Shown: positions 9,964-19,811, counted from the first letter of the stretch. The stretch: DNA of 32,000 nucleotides from Cylindrospermopsis raciborskii Cr2010 (GCF_003367075.2 NZ_CP065936.1:2670001-2702000), one strand, 5' to 3'. Notes: generated from the sequence alone by a model not told the origin. Numbers and translations: made by a program.

Positions 9964-10263
9964 AAACCAACAGGATATATATAAATGCGATTTCGAAGCA
10001 CACCCTTGTCATTATATACTACTAAATAAGACCACAGTGATTGTAGCATGGGTTGCTCGAGAGGGATCTCAACGCCAGTTGGCAGAAAGATTCAAGGTCA
10101 GCTTATCATTTGTGAAAAATTTAGTACGTCGTTATAGCGATCGTTAGTAAAGGAGTAATCGTAGGTTGGGTTGAGGCACGAAACCCAACAAACCAACAGG
10201 ATATATATAAATGCGATTTCGAAGCACACCCTTGTCATTATATACTACTAAATAAGACCACAG
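9934..10263. repeat. 226-bp-period tandem duplication (1.46 copies); the shared 104-nt segment is hairpin + arm R2
   Basis: 9934-10037 and 10160-10263 are identical at 103 of 104 positions. The 122-nt spacer carries a transposase relic. Confidence 0.9.
10038..10147 (+). pseudogene. Relic of the N-terminal HTH region of an IS630-family transposase
   Basis: The translation ...EGSQRQLAERFKVSLSFVKNLVRRY resembles the conserved HTH of cyanobacterial IS630 transposases. No catalytic domain follows, and a stop occurs at 10145-10147. Confidence 0.55.
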
Positions 10264-10370
10264 ATACTTTTAAAAACCAACACAAAACCAAAAACAAATG
10301 CTAAAATTAGTCAGATGAGACTACTTTCCAACCCTGCACCCCCTCTTATCAACTGTGCGCCAACCTTTAA

Positions 10371-10490
10371 CCACTCCCCTTGCGGGAAGCTAAAGAGCAA
10401 GCAGAAGCTATCGCTACTCGGGAACGCCAACAAAAAGAAAAACTAGTTGCCTATCTACGTTCCCTTGGTATTGACCCAGAGAAAATATAA
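10371..10490 (+). pseudogene. 3'-terminal relic of a Uma2-family gene
   Basis: The translation PLPLREAKEQAEAIATRERQQKEKLVAYLRSLGIDPEKI* parallels the C-terminal tail of the intact Uma2 gene at 7122-7859 (QERQEKERLIAYLRSQGIDP). An in-frame stop lies immediately upstream at 10368. Confidence 0.6.
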
Positions 10491-10792
10491 AATAAATTCC
10501 TATTCCTGGGTAAGACCTGAAAAAGGTCTTTCTGTTACGGCCAGCTTACTCCCCCAAGAGATTCACATAATTACGTCTATCCCTGCAAAATCTTTTTCAT
10601 TACGAGTAACTAGGGTTAAGGAATTCTGAAGAGCGATCGCGGCAATGATAGAGTCCATCATTGGCAGTGGTCGTCCTTTTCATAGAAAGACCCATCTTGC
10701 TTTTGTTTTGCATAGGCTCATCTCTTTCTTGATTTCAAAGTTTCTCTGAATAAATACTGGATCTAACTATTCAAATCTGCTCCAAACTTATA

Positions 10793-11266
10793 TTAGTCAA
10801 TTACAGTCTCTTTTACAAAAATCAGAGTTATTTGAACTAAATCAGAAGTCGTTAGTTCTAAATAGCGATGAAATGGGTTTGATTCTTCAGGCCAGTGAGG
10901 TAAGGTATAATCTCCTAGACCCATATCTTTAGCCAATTCTATGAGGTCATAGTAATCTGTATACCAAATATCATCATAGTCCATATCGGGAAATATCCTG
11001 GCGTTATCACCAAGATGTGTTATCACTTTCATAAGACTATCAAGAAATTTGGCTTGTTCTAAGTAAGAGTAATGTTCCTGTACAGCGGAATATAAAAGCT
11101 GTCCCAATCGGTAACTTTTCTCATAACTTTTCTTTTTATCTTGCTCCAGCTTTTCTTTTGACAATCTCTTACCTTTACCATATTCAGTTTTGGGTAAGCT
11201 ATCATGCTGTATTCGTGCAGCATCTAGTTCAGGATTATGACTTTTGGAAAACTTGAAATTTGACAT
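10793..11266 (-). CDS. Hypothetical protein (157 aa from MSNFKFSK); no recognisable domain
   Basis: This is a long ORF. I chose the ATG at 11266 because the upstream 22 codons are an AT-rich, hydrophobic and implausible leader. The N-terminal half is Lys/Glu-rich and the C-terminal half is acidic and aromatic. Confidence 0.55.
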   Translation of the reverse strand: MSNFKFSKSHNPELDAARIQHDSLPKTEYGKGKRLSKEKLEQDKKKSYEKSYRLGQLLYSAVQEHYSYLEQAKFLDSLMKVITHLGDNARIFPDMDYDDIWYTDYYDLIELAKDMGLGDYTLPHWPEESNPFHRYLELTTSDLVQITLIFVKETVID

Positions 11267-11442
11267 AGAAAAATACCTTTGTATCAAAAACTTTATGTAG
11301 AACAATACTAACTTATATAAGATTATAACCACTATAGTAGTTATACTTAATTATGAACTGTTTGTGGAAAAATAAATAACATATTGATTTACCTCAAAAA
11401 ATCTATAAATGCAAATCAAATATATACCACAATGGTATGCTA

Positions 11443-11463
11443 TGGGCGATTGCGAAGCACTCC
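11443..11463. repeat. Dispersed motif, inverted copy (TGGGCGATTGCGAAGCACTCC)
   Basis: It is the exact reverse complement of 7039-7059. Confidence 0.8.
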
Positions 11464-11783
11464 CTGCGGGAGATTGCACTTAATAGATTTTACTTATAGC
11501 TTTATACCGACACAGTAGTTCGGATAGGTTTTGCATATAGTTGGTTTCTGCTGTCGCAAAGCGATCGCAAGCTAAAAATAATGAAGGGGAACAGAAGGAA
11601 ACAGATACCAGCAATGACCCATAACAGCTTGTTCACAAGGGATTAATGCAATTGTGTAACCATTTTAAGTTATACAACCCCACATAATTTGGTCATATTT
11701 GGTAAATTTCCTGTTGGGTGGAGAAAACCCAACAATAATGGAAATCTGGTATTTCAAAACTACTAACAGTCAAATTAGCATTC

Positions 11784-12023
11784 CTACCAAGTGGGATCGG
11801 TAAAAAGATGTATGGTTAGTTCCTTTGTTACTGCAGGAACAGGTGTGATGCAGGCCCGGATAACTTCACCATCATCTAATTCTACAGTACAAGCATGACA
11901 AGTCCCCATTAAACAGCCAGTGGGGATGGACACTCCTGCTCTTTGTGCCACATCTAATAGAGATTCTCCTATTGTGGCTGTGACGGTAACATTATCTGGT
12001 AAAAAGCGAATATTAATCGTCAT
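11784..12023 (-). CDS. Small 2Fe-2S ferredoxin-like protein
   Basis: This 79-aa protein has the Cys pattern GCLMGTCHACTV...RACI and the fold-typical N-terminus (VTVTATIGESLLDVAQRAGV). It lies 29 nt downstream of cobQ. Confidence 0.75.
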   Translation of the reverse strand: MTINIRFLPDNVTVTATIGESLLDVAQRAGVSIPTGCLMGTCHACTVELDDGEVIRACITPVPAVTKELTIHLFTDPTW

Positions 12024-12052
12024 GATAAATGGGAATATGAGATCAAGGGTTT

Positions 12053-13558
12053 TTACAATCTGGTGGTGTCAATGTTAGTTAGAGGACTCAAATTCAAATG
12101 GCTTTCAATTTCAGCAGCTAGGGAATCTAAAATCTTTTCTCTGTGTTCTCCGTAATTGGCAACACCAGTGGGCAAAGACTTAAGACCGCGCTGTTGACGA
12201 AGACGATTTAGCCAACTGCGTCTCCAAGCTCCGTTATCAAAAATTCCGTGTAAATAAGTACCCCAAATTGATTGACAATTATCTACTAGACCTAAATTAG
12301 CATCATCAAATAGAGGATGACAGGGGGATTCATGACTGGATTTATCCGTGGGTTCTTCCATGCGAGAACGTCCTTGGTGAATTTCAAATCCCTGTATGGG
12401 TAGACCCATCTGGGGATAATTGGAAATTACCTGACGTTGACGAGCGGTTTTTTGCCCTGTAATTATGGTTTTAATTGGCAATAGGTTTAGTCCCTGATAT
12501 TTACCAGGTGGACCCTCAATTCCTTCTGGATCTGCTACTACTTGACCTAACATTTGAAACCCACCACAGATACCTAAAACTGTACCTCCACTGGCCGCAT
12601 ATTGTTGAATTGCTTCCGCCATGCCACTTTTTTGTAGCACAATTAGATCGGCTATGGTGGTTTTTGTCCCTGGAATAATCACCGCATCAGGATATCCTAA
12701 CTCCTGTTTAGGACTTATATATTTCACTGATATTGTTGGTTCCGATTCCAATGGATCAAAGTCGGTGAAATTAGCAATTCTGGGTAATCGGATAACTGCT
12801 ATATTCAGATCAGATTGAAATTTAGTGGATTTGCGATCCAATAAGTCTAGGGAATCTTCTGCGGGGAATATTTCTGAAATGTATGGTATCACCCCAATTA
12901 CTGGAATTCCCGTCCTTTCTTCTAACCATGTAATTCCCGGATCTAGCAGAGAACGCATTCCTCGGAACTTATTGATGATTATCCCCTTGATTAGAGCTCG
13001 TTCCTCTGGTTCTAACAATTCCAGGGTACCAACCACATGAGCAAAAGCTCCACCTCTATCAATATCAACTACGAGAATCGTGGATGCTCCTAGATATTTG
13101 GCCACCCGCATGTTAGTTAGATCTCGATGCTTGAGATTAATTTCCGCAGGACTTCCAGCACCTTCACAAACAATCAAATCAAATTCCGAGCTTAACTGTT
13201 TCAGACACTCTTGGATCGTTTGCCAACCTATTTCAAAATACTGTTCATAATAATCCGTAGCACTAACCTTACCTACAACTTTTCCCTTAATAATGACCTG
13301 AGAAGTCATATCTCCCTGGGGCTTGAGTAAAATTGGATTCATCTCTACTGTTGGAGGTATTTTAGCTGCCCAAGCTTGTACAGCTTGAGCGTAACCTATT
13401 TCTCCACCATTGGCAGTGACATAGGCGTTTAAAGCCATATTTTGACCTTTAAAGGGGGCCACTCGCCATCCATTTTGAGAAAAGATACGACACAAAGCTG
13501 TTGTGATTAGGGATTTACCCGCGTGGGATGTTGTTCCCACCACCATAATTGATTTCAT
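12053..13558 (-). CDS. cobQ: Cobyric acid synthase
   Basis: The N-terminus is IMVVGTTSHAGKS (P-loop). The C-terminal glutamine amidotransferase domain contains GICGGFQMLG and YLHGIF. Confidence 0.93.
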   Translation of the reverse strand: MKSIMVVGTTSHAGKSLITTALCRIFSQNGWRVAPFKGQNMALNAYVTANGGEIGYAQAVQAWAAKIPPTVEMNPILLKPQGDMTSQVIIKGKVVGKVSATDYYEQYFEIGWQTIQECLKQLSSEFDLIVCEGAGSPAEINLKHRDLTNMRVAKYLGASTILVVDIDRGGAFAHVVGTLELLEPEERALIKGIIINKFRGMRSLLDPGITWLEERTGIPVIGVIPYISEIFPAEDSLDLLDRKSTKFQSDLNIAVIRLPRIANFTDFDPLESEPTISVKYISPKQELGYPDAVIIPGTKTTIADLIVLQKSGMAEAIQQYAASGGTVLGICGGFQMLGQVVADPEGIEGPPGKYQGLNLLPIKTIITGQKTARQRQVISNYPQMGLPIQGFEIHQGRSRMEEPTDKSSHESPCHPLFDDANLGLVDNCQSIWGTYLHGIFDNGAWRRSWLNRLRQQRGLKSLPTGVANYGEHREKILDSLAAEIESHLNLSPLTNIDTTRL

Positions 13559-13573
13559 ACTTCCATCCGAAAT

Positions 13574-13981
13574 TTAGATTGACGGTAGACGCAACCAACG
13601 AGTTATAGCATCCTGCAGGCGATCGCCCCATGAAGCTCTAGTCCAGGGTTGGTGGGCAAATTTTTCCACCAATTGATGACCAAGGGGTGTGAGACGAAAT
13701 CGATCGGTGATTCCCTGTCCATCAACTTCTCGACGTAATACCCCGACTTCAATCAACCAACTTAAAGCATTATCACATCTTAACCCTGAGAGACTAACTT
13801 GGGTATAACCCTGTTGGACACCATTTACTGTGGCGATCGCTCCTTGGGGAATACTTTGACTTTGCATGTCTCGAAAGAGTTTGAGGCGAAAGGGTGAACA
13901 GATGAGGGCTCGCTCTGCTCTAGATAGTGTTTTTCGAGTATACACAAAAGATTTAGGATTTGGCGAATTTACCATATTCAT
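13574..13981 (-). CDS. Conserved hypothetical protein (135 aa), first gene of the cobQ operon
   Basis: The ORF sits 15 nt upstream of cobQ on the same strand. I recognise no domain. Confidence 0.6.
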   Translation of the reverse strand: MNMVNSPNPKSFVYTRKTLSRAERALICSPFRLKLFRDMQSQSIPQGAIATVNGVQQGYTQVSLSGLRCDNALSWLIEVGVLRREVDGQGITDRFRLTPLGHQLVEKFAHQPWTRASWGDRLQDAITRWLRLPSI

Positions 13982-14237
13982 AAGTTTACATATTTAGAGT
14001 TGAGTTATAGTATCATGTAAGTCCTACAACAGATGCAATTTCAGCTATTATTTATTTTCATTTGGTGGGGTTGACTATTGACCTTTGGATGTGATACCCT
14101 AACAATGGAAGTCTTTGCACTTTTCCACAGATGCTCACACTCCATTATACTTAACCCTCATATTGCCACATTTTTATCCCCTCGACCATAAAAAAAGTTA
14201 TCTCATCCCCCTAATTTTTTTTATCCCTATATAAATA

Positions 14238-14865
14238 AATGTAGATAGATAAATTTGATTATGCACTTATATCCGGTTGGTTTGTTGGGTTTCGTTCCTC
14301 AACCCAACCTACAATGAATGTAGGTAGATAAATTTGATTATGCACTTATATCCGGTTGGTTTGTTGGGTTTCGTTCCTCAACCCAACCTACAATGAATGT
14401 AGGTAGATAAATTTGATTATGCACTTATATCCGGTTGGTTTGTTGGGTTTCGTTCCTCAACCCAACCTACAATGAATGTAGGTAGATAAATTTGATCATG
14501 CACTTATATCCGGTTGGTTTGTTGGGTTTCGTTCCTCAACCCAACCTACAATGAATGTAGGTAGATAAATTTGATTATGCACTTATATCCGGTTGGTTTG
14601 TTGGGTTTCGTTCCTCAACCCAACCTACAATGAATGTAGGTAGATAAATTTGATCATGCACTTATATCCGGTTGGTTTGTTGGGTTTCGTTCCTCAACCC
14701 AACCTACAATGAATGTAGGTAGATAAATTTGATCATGCACTTATATCCGGTTGGTTTGTTGGGTTTCGTTCCTCAACCCAACCTACAATGAATGTAGGTA
14801 GATAAATTTGATCATGCACTTATATCCGGTTGGTTTGTTGGGTTTCGTTCCTCAACCCAACCTAC
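14238..14865. repeat. Tandem array of 8 x 79 bp, noncoding
   Basis: Units start at 14238, 14317, 14396, 14475, 14554, 14633, 14712 and 14791. Each holds GTTGGGTT-N9-AACCCAAC and a junction hairpin CCTACA-N5-TGTAGG. There are only two variable positions: GATTATG vs GATCATG, plus an A/G in unit 1. Confidence 0.97.
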
Positions 14866-14904
14866 GTTGATCTTATATTTAATTCCACCCACCCACTTAT
14901 TCCT
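14866..14904. repeat. Inverted, diverged copy of arm L1 capping the 79-bp array
   Basis: The reverse complement AGGAATAAGTGGGTGGGTGGAATTAAATATAAGATCAAC aligns with AGGATAAGTGGGTGAGTGGAATTAAACACAAGATGAAC at 7971-8008. Confidence 0.75.
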
Positions 14905-15005
14905 AACTTTTTTAAATCCTCCAAATTTTGTAATGATCTTTTTTGATGTTAAACCCATTTCCTTGAATCAAACTATTAACTCCAACCTCTGGTGTTTTTT
15001 ATAAT

Positions 15006-15024
15006 AGTCGGTTAGAAACCGACT
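15006..15024 (-). terminator. Strong hairpin just downstream of the valS stop
   Basis: AGTCGGTT-AGA-AACCGACT is an 8-bp stem. On the valS strand no U-tract follows it, so a terminator role is uncertain. Confidence 0.35.
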
Positions 15025-15033
15025 TAATGTACC

Positions 15034-18000
15034 CTACAATAAATCAGCGAGTCTCTCCCTGAGAATCTGAGCTTGTTTTTCTGCTTCTGCTAGAGTATCT
15101 CTAGCGGTTTGCACCACAGCTGGGGGAGCTTTGTCAACAAAGTTAGGATTATTCAACCTTCCAGTTAAAGCATCTATTTCTGCTTGCACTTTACCTAGGC
15201 TTTTTTCCAATTTGGCTCGCAACACCTCCACATCAACCACCCCAGTTAGGGGAATTACTATCTGTACTGTACCTACCACACCTGAAATCGAATTTTCCTT
15301 CACACTGACGCTAGGTTCTGTGGATTCTGTAGATTTGGTTTCCGATGCTGGTGTTTGTGAGGGAGCTGGAAGGTATTTGTGCAAAAATTCCCGTCTGGCT
15401 TTCCAATTGACCAAATGACGCAAAACAAACCAAACTACATAAAACAAACCCACAGCTTCAAATAAAGCTCCAAAAAGTGGTACACTCAATAGTGTATTGC
15501 CCACAAAAAAGGCAACTTTGAGTATCACCAACACACCCAAAATTATGGCTAGGGTTCTGAAATTATCCCAATAGGGACTGCTGAAAATCTCGCTATTCTT
15601 GAAGATATTCCCGAGATTATTCGCGATATTAGTCCCTACATCAGTTCCTACATTAACTTCTGGTTCTTCCTCAATCCCCTTAGTCCCTTGAGGAATATTA
15701 ATAGTTAAAGTTTCCACCTTAGCTAGGTCTTTGATATAATCTTGCCCAACAACTAAAATTGCTCTTTCCTTTTCGCTATCACTTTCTAAATTAGCAGTTA
15801 TTTTTGCCCCAGGTTTAACATCAGCTTCCGCACGCAAATTGCGAATATTACGAATGGTAGCAATCAATAAATCAAACTGCTCTTCTAACTCAGAATCAAT
15901 TAATTTATCATCCGCTTCTGGATAACTTTGCAAGGCTAAAAATTGCCGGTTGTCTATTGGTTGTTGGGTGAGGGTTTGCCAAATTTCTTCCGTAATATGG
16001 GGCATGAAAGGATGTAATAACTTTAACACTCCCGATAAAACTAAGGCCAGTATTTGCTGGGCAGTTTTCCGAGATACGGGATCTGCATCCTTTTGTAATC
16101 TGGATTTTACCAGTTCAATATACCAATCACAAAAGTCTCCCCAAATAAATTCATACAACCCTTTAGCTGCTTCCCCTAACCCATAATTATCAATATGGTT
16201 ATTGGTTTGTTTTACCACTTGATGATAACGGGAAAGAATCCATCTATCACTTAGTTCTATCCCTTGGGGTTCCCCCAACTGCTCCGGTGTTTGTCCATCC
16301 AAATTCATCATCACAAATCTGGCCGCATTCCATAATTTATTAGCAAAATTACGAGATGCTTCTACTGAAACTGACTCATCCTTTTTACGGTCATATTCTA
16401 AACGAATATCTTGACCTGCACCAACCACTTCTTTTACTAGGGTGTAACGTAAAGCGTCCGTACCATATTTGTCAATCAACAATAATGGATCAATCCCATT
16501 ATTAGCTGACTTGGACATTTTCTTGTTGTTCTCATCTCGGACAAGACCATGGATATACACAGTTTGGAAAGGCATTTTTCCGGTGAAATGTCCAGCCATC
16601 ATGGTCATTCTTGCTACCCAGAAAAATATAATGTCAAAGCCCGTAACTAGAGTAGTTGTGGGGTAATATGTGTCAAGATCCTGGGTTTTTTCTGGCCATC
16701 CCAGGGTAGAAAATGGCCATAACCCAGAGGAGAACCATGTGTCTAATACATCCGGATCTTGAATTAGTTGCACATTTTCACACCCTAAAGCTCGGGCCTT
16801 TTCTAATGCTTCCATTTCGTTGTGAGCCACAAAATAGGGTGTGCTGTCGGTAATTTCTCCCCCAGTTTCACTCACAGCATACCAAGCGGGAATTTGATGA
16901 CCCCACCACAACTGACGGGAAATACACCAGTCCCTTAGATTAACTAACCAGTCACGATATACTTTTCCCCACCTCTGGGGGACAAATTCCGGTGAGTTCT
17001 CTTGGTCTAGGAACTCTAGGGTTTTGTCCGCTAAAGGACGAATTTTCACAAACCACTGGGTAGAAAGTAGGGGCTCAACAGGAACTTTACCGCGATCGCT
17101 ATAAGGTACTGTGTGTTTATATTCTTCTACTTTTATTAGTAGATTTTCCGATTCCAAACGACTAATTACATTCTTTCTAGCAACAAATCGGTCTTGTCCT
17201 TGAAACTCCCCCGCATTGTCGTTAAGAGTACCGTCTTTATTCATAATATTAATAAACGGCAAGTTGTGGCGCTTACCCATTTCAAAATCGTTAGGGTCAT
17301 GGGCGGGGGTAACTTTCACACATCCCGTACCAAAAGCAGGATCAACCAACTCATCAGCAATAATCGGGATTTGTCGGTTCATAATCGGCAAATTTAGGGT
17401 TTTTCCGATTAGATCCTTATACCTTGAGTCTTCTGGGTTGACTGCAACTGCTGTGTCTCCTAACATGGTTTCTGGTCTAGTGGTAGCTACCTCCACATAT
17501 CCAGTACCATCAGTAAGGTAATAGCGAAAATGCCACAAATTACCATTTACTTCCTTGGGTTCTACCTCTAGATCCGATACAGCAGACTGGGAAGCTGGAC
17601 ACCAGTTGACTAAATAATTACTACGGTAAATTAACCCCTCTTCATAAAGTTTAATAAATGCTTCTAAAACAGCTTTTGATAACCCTTCGTCTAAGGTAAA
17701 GCGTTCCCGTGACCAATCCACTGAAACACCCAAACGTCGTAACTGATTAATAATCGTACCACCAGACTCAGCTTTCCATTGCCAAGCCCTTTCTAAGAAT
17801 TTCTCTCTACCTAATTCGTAGCGGTTTTTACCTTCTGATTTAAGTTTTTTTTCTAAAATAGTTTGTACTGCTATACTTGCGTGGTCAGTACCAGGTAGCC
17901 ATAGTGTATTCCTTCCTTTCATTCGATGATATCTCACCAGGGCATCAATTAGCGCACTTTCAAAGGCATGACCCATGTGCAAACTACCAGTGACATTTGG

Positions 18001-18141
18001 AGGCGGAATAACAACACAGTATGGCACACCGGGGTGGTTAGGATTTGCTTTGTAAATTTGATTTTCTTCCCAGGATGTTTGCCATTTTGCTTCTGTGGAG
18101 AAGGGTTCGTAAAGACTAGGAAGATTGGTGATTGCAGTCAT
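15034..18141 (-). CDS. valS: Valyl-tRNA synthetase with an inserted two-helix membrane (CAAD-type) domain
   Basis: It has the class I signatures [14 protein letters not shown] and KMSKS, an editing domain, and a C-terminal coiled coil. I chose the start at ATG 18141 ([14 protein letters not shown]), since the upstream extension in the ORF track is unlikely. The hydrophobic insert lies at roughly 15280-15700. Confidence 0.96.
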   Translation of the reverse strand: MTAITNLPSLYEPFSTEAKWQTSWEENQIYKANPNHPGVPYCVVIPPPNVTGSLHMGHAFESALIDALVRYHRMKGRNTLWLPGTDHASIAVQTILEKKLKSEGKNRYELGREKFLERAWQWKAESGGTIINQLRRLGVSVDWSRERFTLDEGLSKAVLEAFIKLYEEGLIYRSNYLVNWCPASQSAVSDLEVEPKEVNGNLWHFRYYLTDGTGYVEVATTRPETMLGDTAVAVNPEDSRYKDLIGKTLNLPIMNRQIPIIADELVDPAFGTGCVKVTPAHDPNDFEMGKRHNLPFINIMNKDGTLNDNAGEFQGQDRFVARKNVISRLESENLLIKVEEYKHTVPYSDRGKVPVEPLLSTQWFVKIRPLADKTLEFLDQENSPEFVPQRWGKVYRDWLVNLRDWCISRQLWWGHQIPAWYAVSETGGEITDSTPYFVAHNEMEALEKARALGCENVQLIQDPDVLDTWFSSGLWPFSTLGWPEKTQDLDTYYPTTTLVTGFDIIFFWVARMTMMAGHFTGKMPFQTVYIHGLVRDENNKKMSKSANNGIDPLLLIDKYGTDALRYTLVKEVVGAGQDIRLEYDRKKDESVSVEASRNFANKLWNAARFVMMNLDGQTPEQLGEPQGIELSDRWILSRYHQVVKQTNNHIDNYGLGEAAKGLYEFIWGDFCDWYIELVKSRLQKDADPVSRKTAQQILALVLSGVLKLLHPFMPHITEEIWQTLTQQPIDNRQFLALQSYPEADDKLIDSELEEQFDLLIATIRNIRNLRAEADVKPGAKITANLESDSEKERAILVVGQDYIKDLAKVETLTINIPQGTKGIEEEPEVNVGTDVGTNIANNLGNIFKNSEIFSSPYWDNFRTLAIILGVLVILKVAFFVGNTLLSVPLFGALFEAVGLFYVVWFVLRHLVNWKARREFLHKYLPAPSQTPASETKSTESTEPSVSVKENSISGVVGTVQIVIPLTGVVDVEVLRAKLEKSLGKVQAEIDALTGRLNNPNFVDKAPPAVVQTARDTLAEAEKQAQILRERLADLL

Positions 18142-18286
18142 GCTAGAAATAATCTGTTTAGGGACTAGTTTTTGAGAACTCGGATCCATTGTGCCATAAG
18201 GTTGAAGACTATGCGAAAAATCAATGGGGAGAAGGATTGAAAAAACGCGTCTAACCACCGAATTAGACCCCCCTGAATTAGACCAG

Positions 18287-19639
18287 CTAAATTAGTCCTG
18301 CTGACTCATATAGTCTTTTGAACAAGGCTTTAATTTTTGTTCCATAGTCTAAATCCGCTGACCATCTCCCAGAAAGTTGATCCACTGAGGGTGCTACTCC
18401 CCTGGTCACAAACCTAAAACGCGGATCTACTTCTTCTTGCACTAATGGTTCCAAACTTGCGTATGCTTTTAAGTGTTGAATATGGGCTCTAACACCAATT
18501 CTGGCACTACTAAAAGAAGCTGCTTTTGCACCACCACTAATTCCTCCTAAACCGGCAAAATTGTTTTGTTGTGGTTTAATATCACCGCCAAATCTTAAAA
18601 ATCCGGTTTCTAAACACATCTGACAAAAGGCAATGTCATGATTTACACCCTCTAATGTAGCTTCTTCTCGATAGAGTTTTGGTATATCTCCAAACTGATT
18701 TAAGGCATTTTCGTTGTTGTTGCGCAAAAACAGTTGTAGTTGCACTTCTGTCGTACTACCATTGGAAATTATTTGATCAATATGTCCAGCACAAATGGCC
18801 AAAACTGACCGCAGTTTTACAGTTTTGGTGCTGCTATCCCAAGCAATAGAAATGTTAAACTCCCGCAGTTCGATGGCTTTAACATAAACAATACGACGAT
18901 AAGTTACACGATTAATATTAGATCCCCGTGATAAATCAATGCGCAGTCTATCTACTAGGTCTACGGGGATATAGGAATTACCATTAATTAATATTCCTTG
19001 TTCACCATAGTTTTGCCCATTAATATTAATGTTAATTGCCAGATAATTGGCATCTACAGGAGTCTCAGGTTGAGGAGCAATGATTTTACTCCAACCAACT
19101 AATCCATCAACAATTCCTAGGGCAAAATCTCGACGACGAGTCTGTAATAAATTCCGGTCTTCTGGACTGGTGATAAACCCCACCTGCATCAGTAATGCAG
19201 GAAGATTGGTTTGACGACAAAATTGTAACCTCCCCAAACCACTATCCGTGTCTGGTCTCACTCCTCGACTGGGCAATTGATTGACGCGACGCAACAAACC
19301 TGTTAACAGTATTTCTGCATTTTGTTTCCGCTCGGTGTTGTTAGCAATATAAAACACTCCCGCACCTCTGACTGTGGGGTTATTAGCACCATCAGTGTGA
19401 ATTTCTAGCGCCACATCACCAGCGCGACTACGAGAATTAATCCAAGAGATGGTTTGGACAGCACTTAAATCATCGGGAACAGATAAAACTTCTAGGTTAC
19501 GACCTCGCAGTTCTGTAACAATTAGGTCTCGTAACAAAATCATTTCCCTGGATTCTGTCGTACCCCCAGCTATAGTTCCCGGGTCAATTTTGCCATCTTC
19601 TTTACCCCCATGTGCAGCAGAAATGAAAATACGTCCCAT
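18287..19639 (-). CDS. Peptidoglycan hydrolase: N-acetylmuramoyl-L-alanine amidase (Amidase_3) + copper-amine-oxidase-N-like linker + C-terminal glucosaminidase-like domain
   Basis: The N-terminus IFISAAHGG...DPG...EIHTD matches Amidase_3. The middle resembles the Cu_amine_oxidN1 repeat (NINGQNY...[17 protein letters not shown]...[10 protein letters not shown]). The C-terminus [15 protein letters not shown]...NNFAGLGG is glucosaminidase-like. Confidence 0.8.
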   Translation of the reverse strand: MGRIFISAAHGGKEDGKIDPGTIAGGTTESREMILLRDLIVTELRGRNLEVLSVPDDLSAVQTISWINSRSRAGDVALEIHTDGANNPTVRGAGVFYIANNTERKQNAEILLTGLLRRVNQLPSRGVRPDTDSGLGRLQFCRQTNLPALLMQVGFITSPEDRNLLQTRRRDFALGIVDGLVGWSKIIAPQPETPVDANYLAINININGQNYGEQGILINGNSYIPVDLVDRLRIDLSRGSNINRVTYRRIVYVKAIELREFNISIAWDSSTKTVKLRSVLAICAGHIDQIISNGSTTEVQLQLFLRNNNENALNQFGDIPKLYREEATLEGVNHDIAFCQMCLETGFLRFGGDIKPQQNNFAGLGGISGGAKAASFSSARIGVRAHIQHLKAYASLEPLVQEEVDPRFRFVTRGVAPSVDQLSGRWSADLDYGTKIKALFKRLYESAGLI

Positions 19640-19811
19640 TGTGATGAATTCCTATGGTTAAGCTGATACATTCACACAGCATCCTTCCGGGTGTTCCCGG
19701 ACAATGCAGCTGTGTCCGGGATTGTCAAGGAAATTCTGACTTACTCCAGCAATCCCATTTTACTAATTTTAATGGTACTATGAACTTGTGCGATAAATAG
19801 TTCCTGAAGAA

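Noticed and set aside
9908-10147. The listed 79-aa ORF
   Set aside because: It is a chimeric reading frame through the L1 / hairpin / R2 repeat and the IS630 HTH relic. It is not a genuine gene.
13982-14237. A cobalamin riboswitch upstream of the cobQ operon
   Set aside because: I could not find a B12-box-like element (consensus around GCCACTG) or the expected conserved core on the minus strand of this leader. This can only be settled with an Rfam/Infernal scan.
14238-14865. The 79-bp array as a type III toxin-antitoxin RNA (ToxI-like) repeat
   Set aside because: ToxI-type repeats are about 36 nt and sit immediately upstream of a toxN-like ORF. No such ORF is adjacent, and the flanking genes are valS and the cobQ operon.
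15131-18168. Plus-strand ORFs of 65-101 aa inside valS. The same applies to the listed ORFs that lie antisense to or nested within the methyltransferase gene, the transposase gene, the AAA-ATPase gene, cobQ, the amidase gene, dnaG, hisZ and the ABC-ATPase gene.
   Set aside because: All lie within, or opposite to, long and confidently assigned CDSs and show low-complexity or biased composition. They are treated as shadow ORFs.
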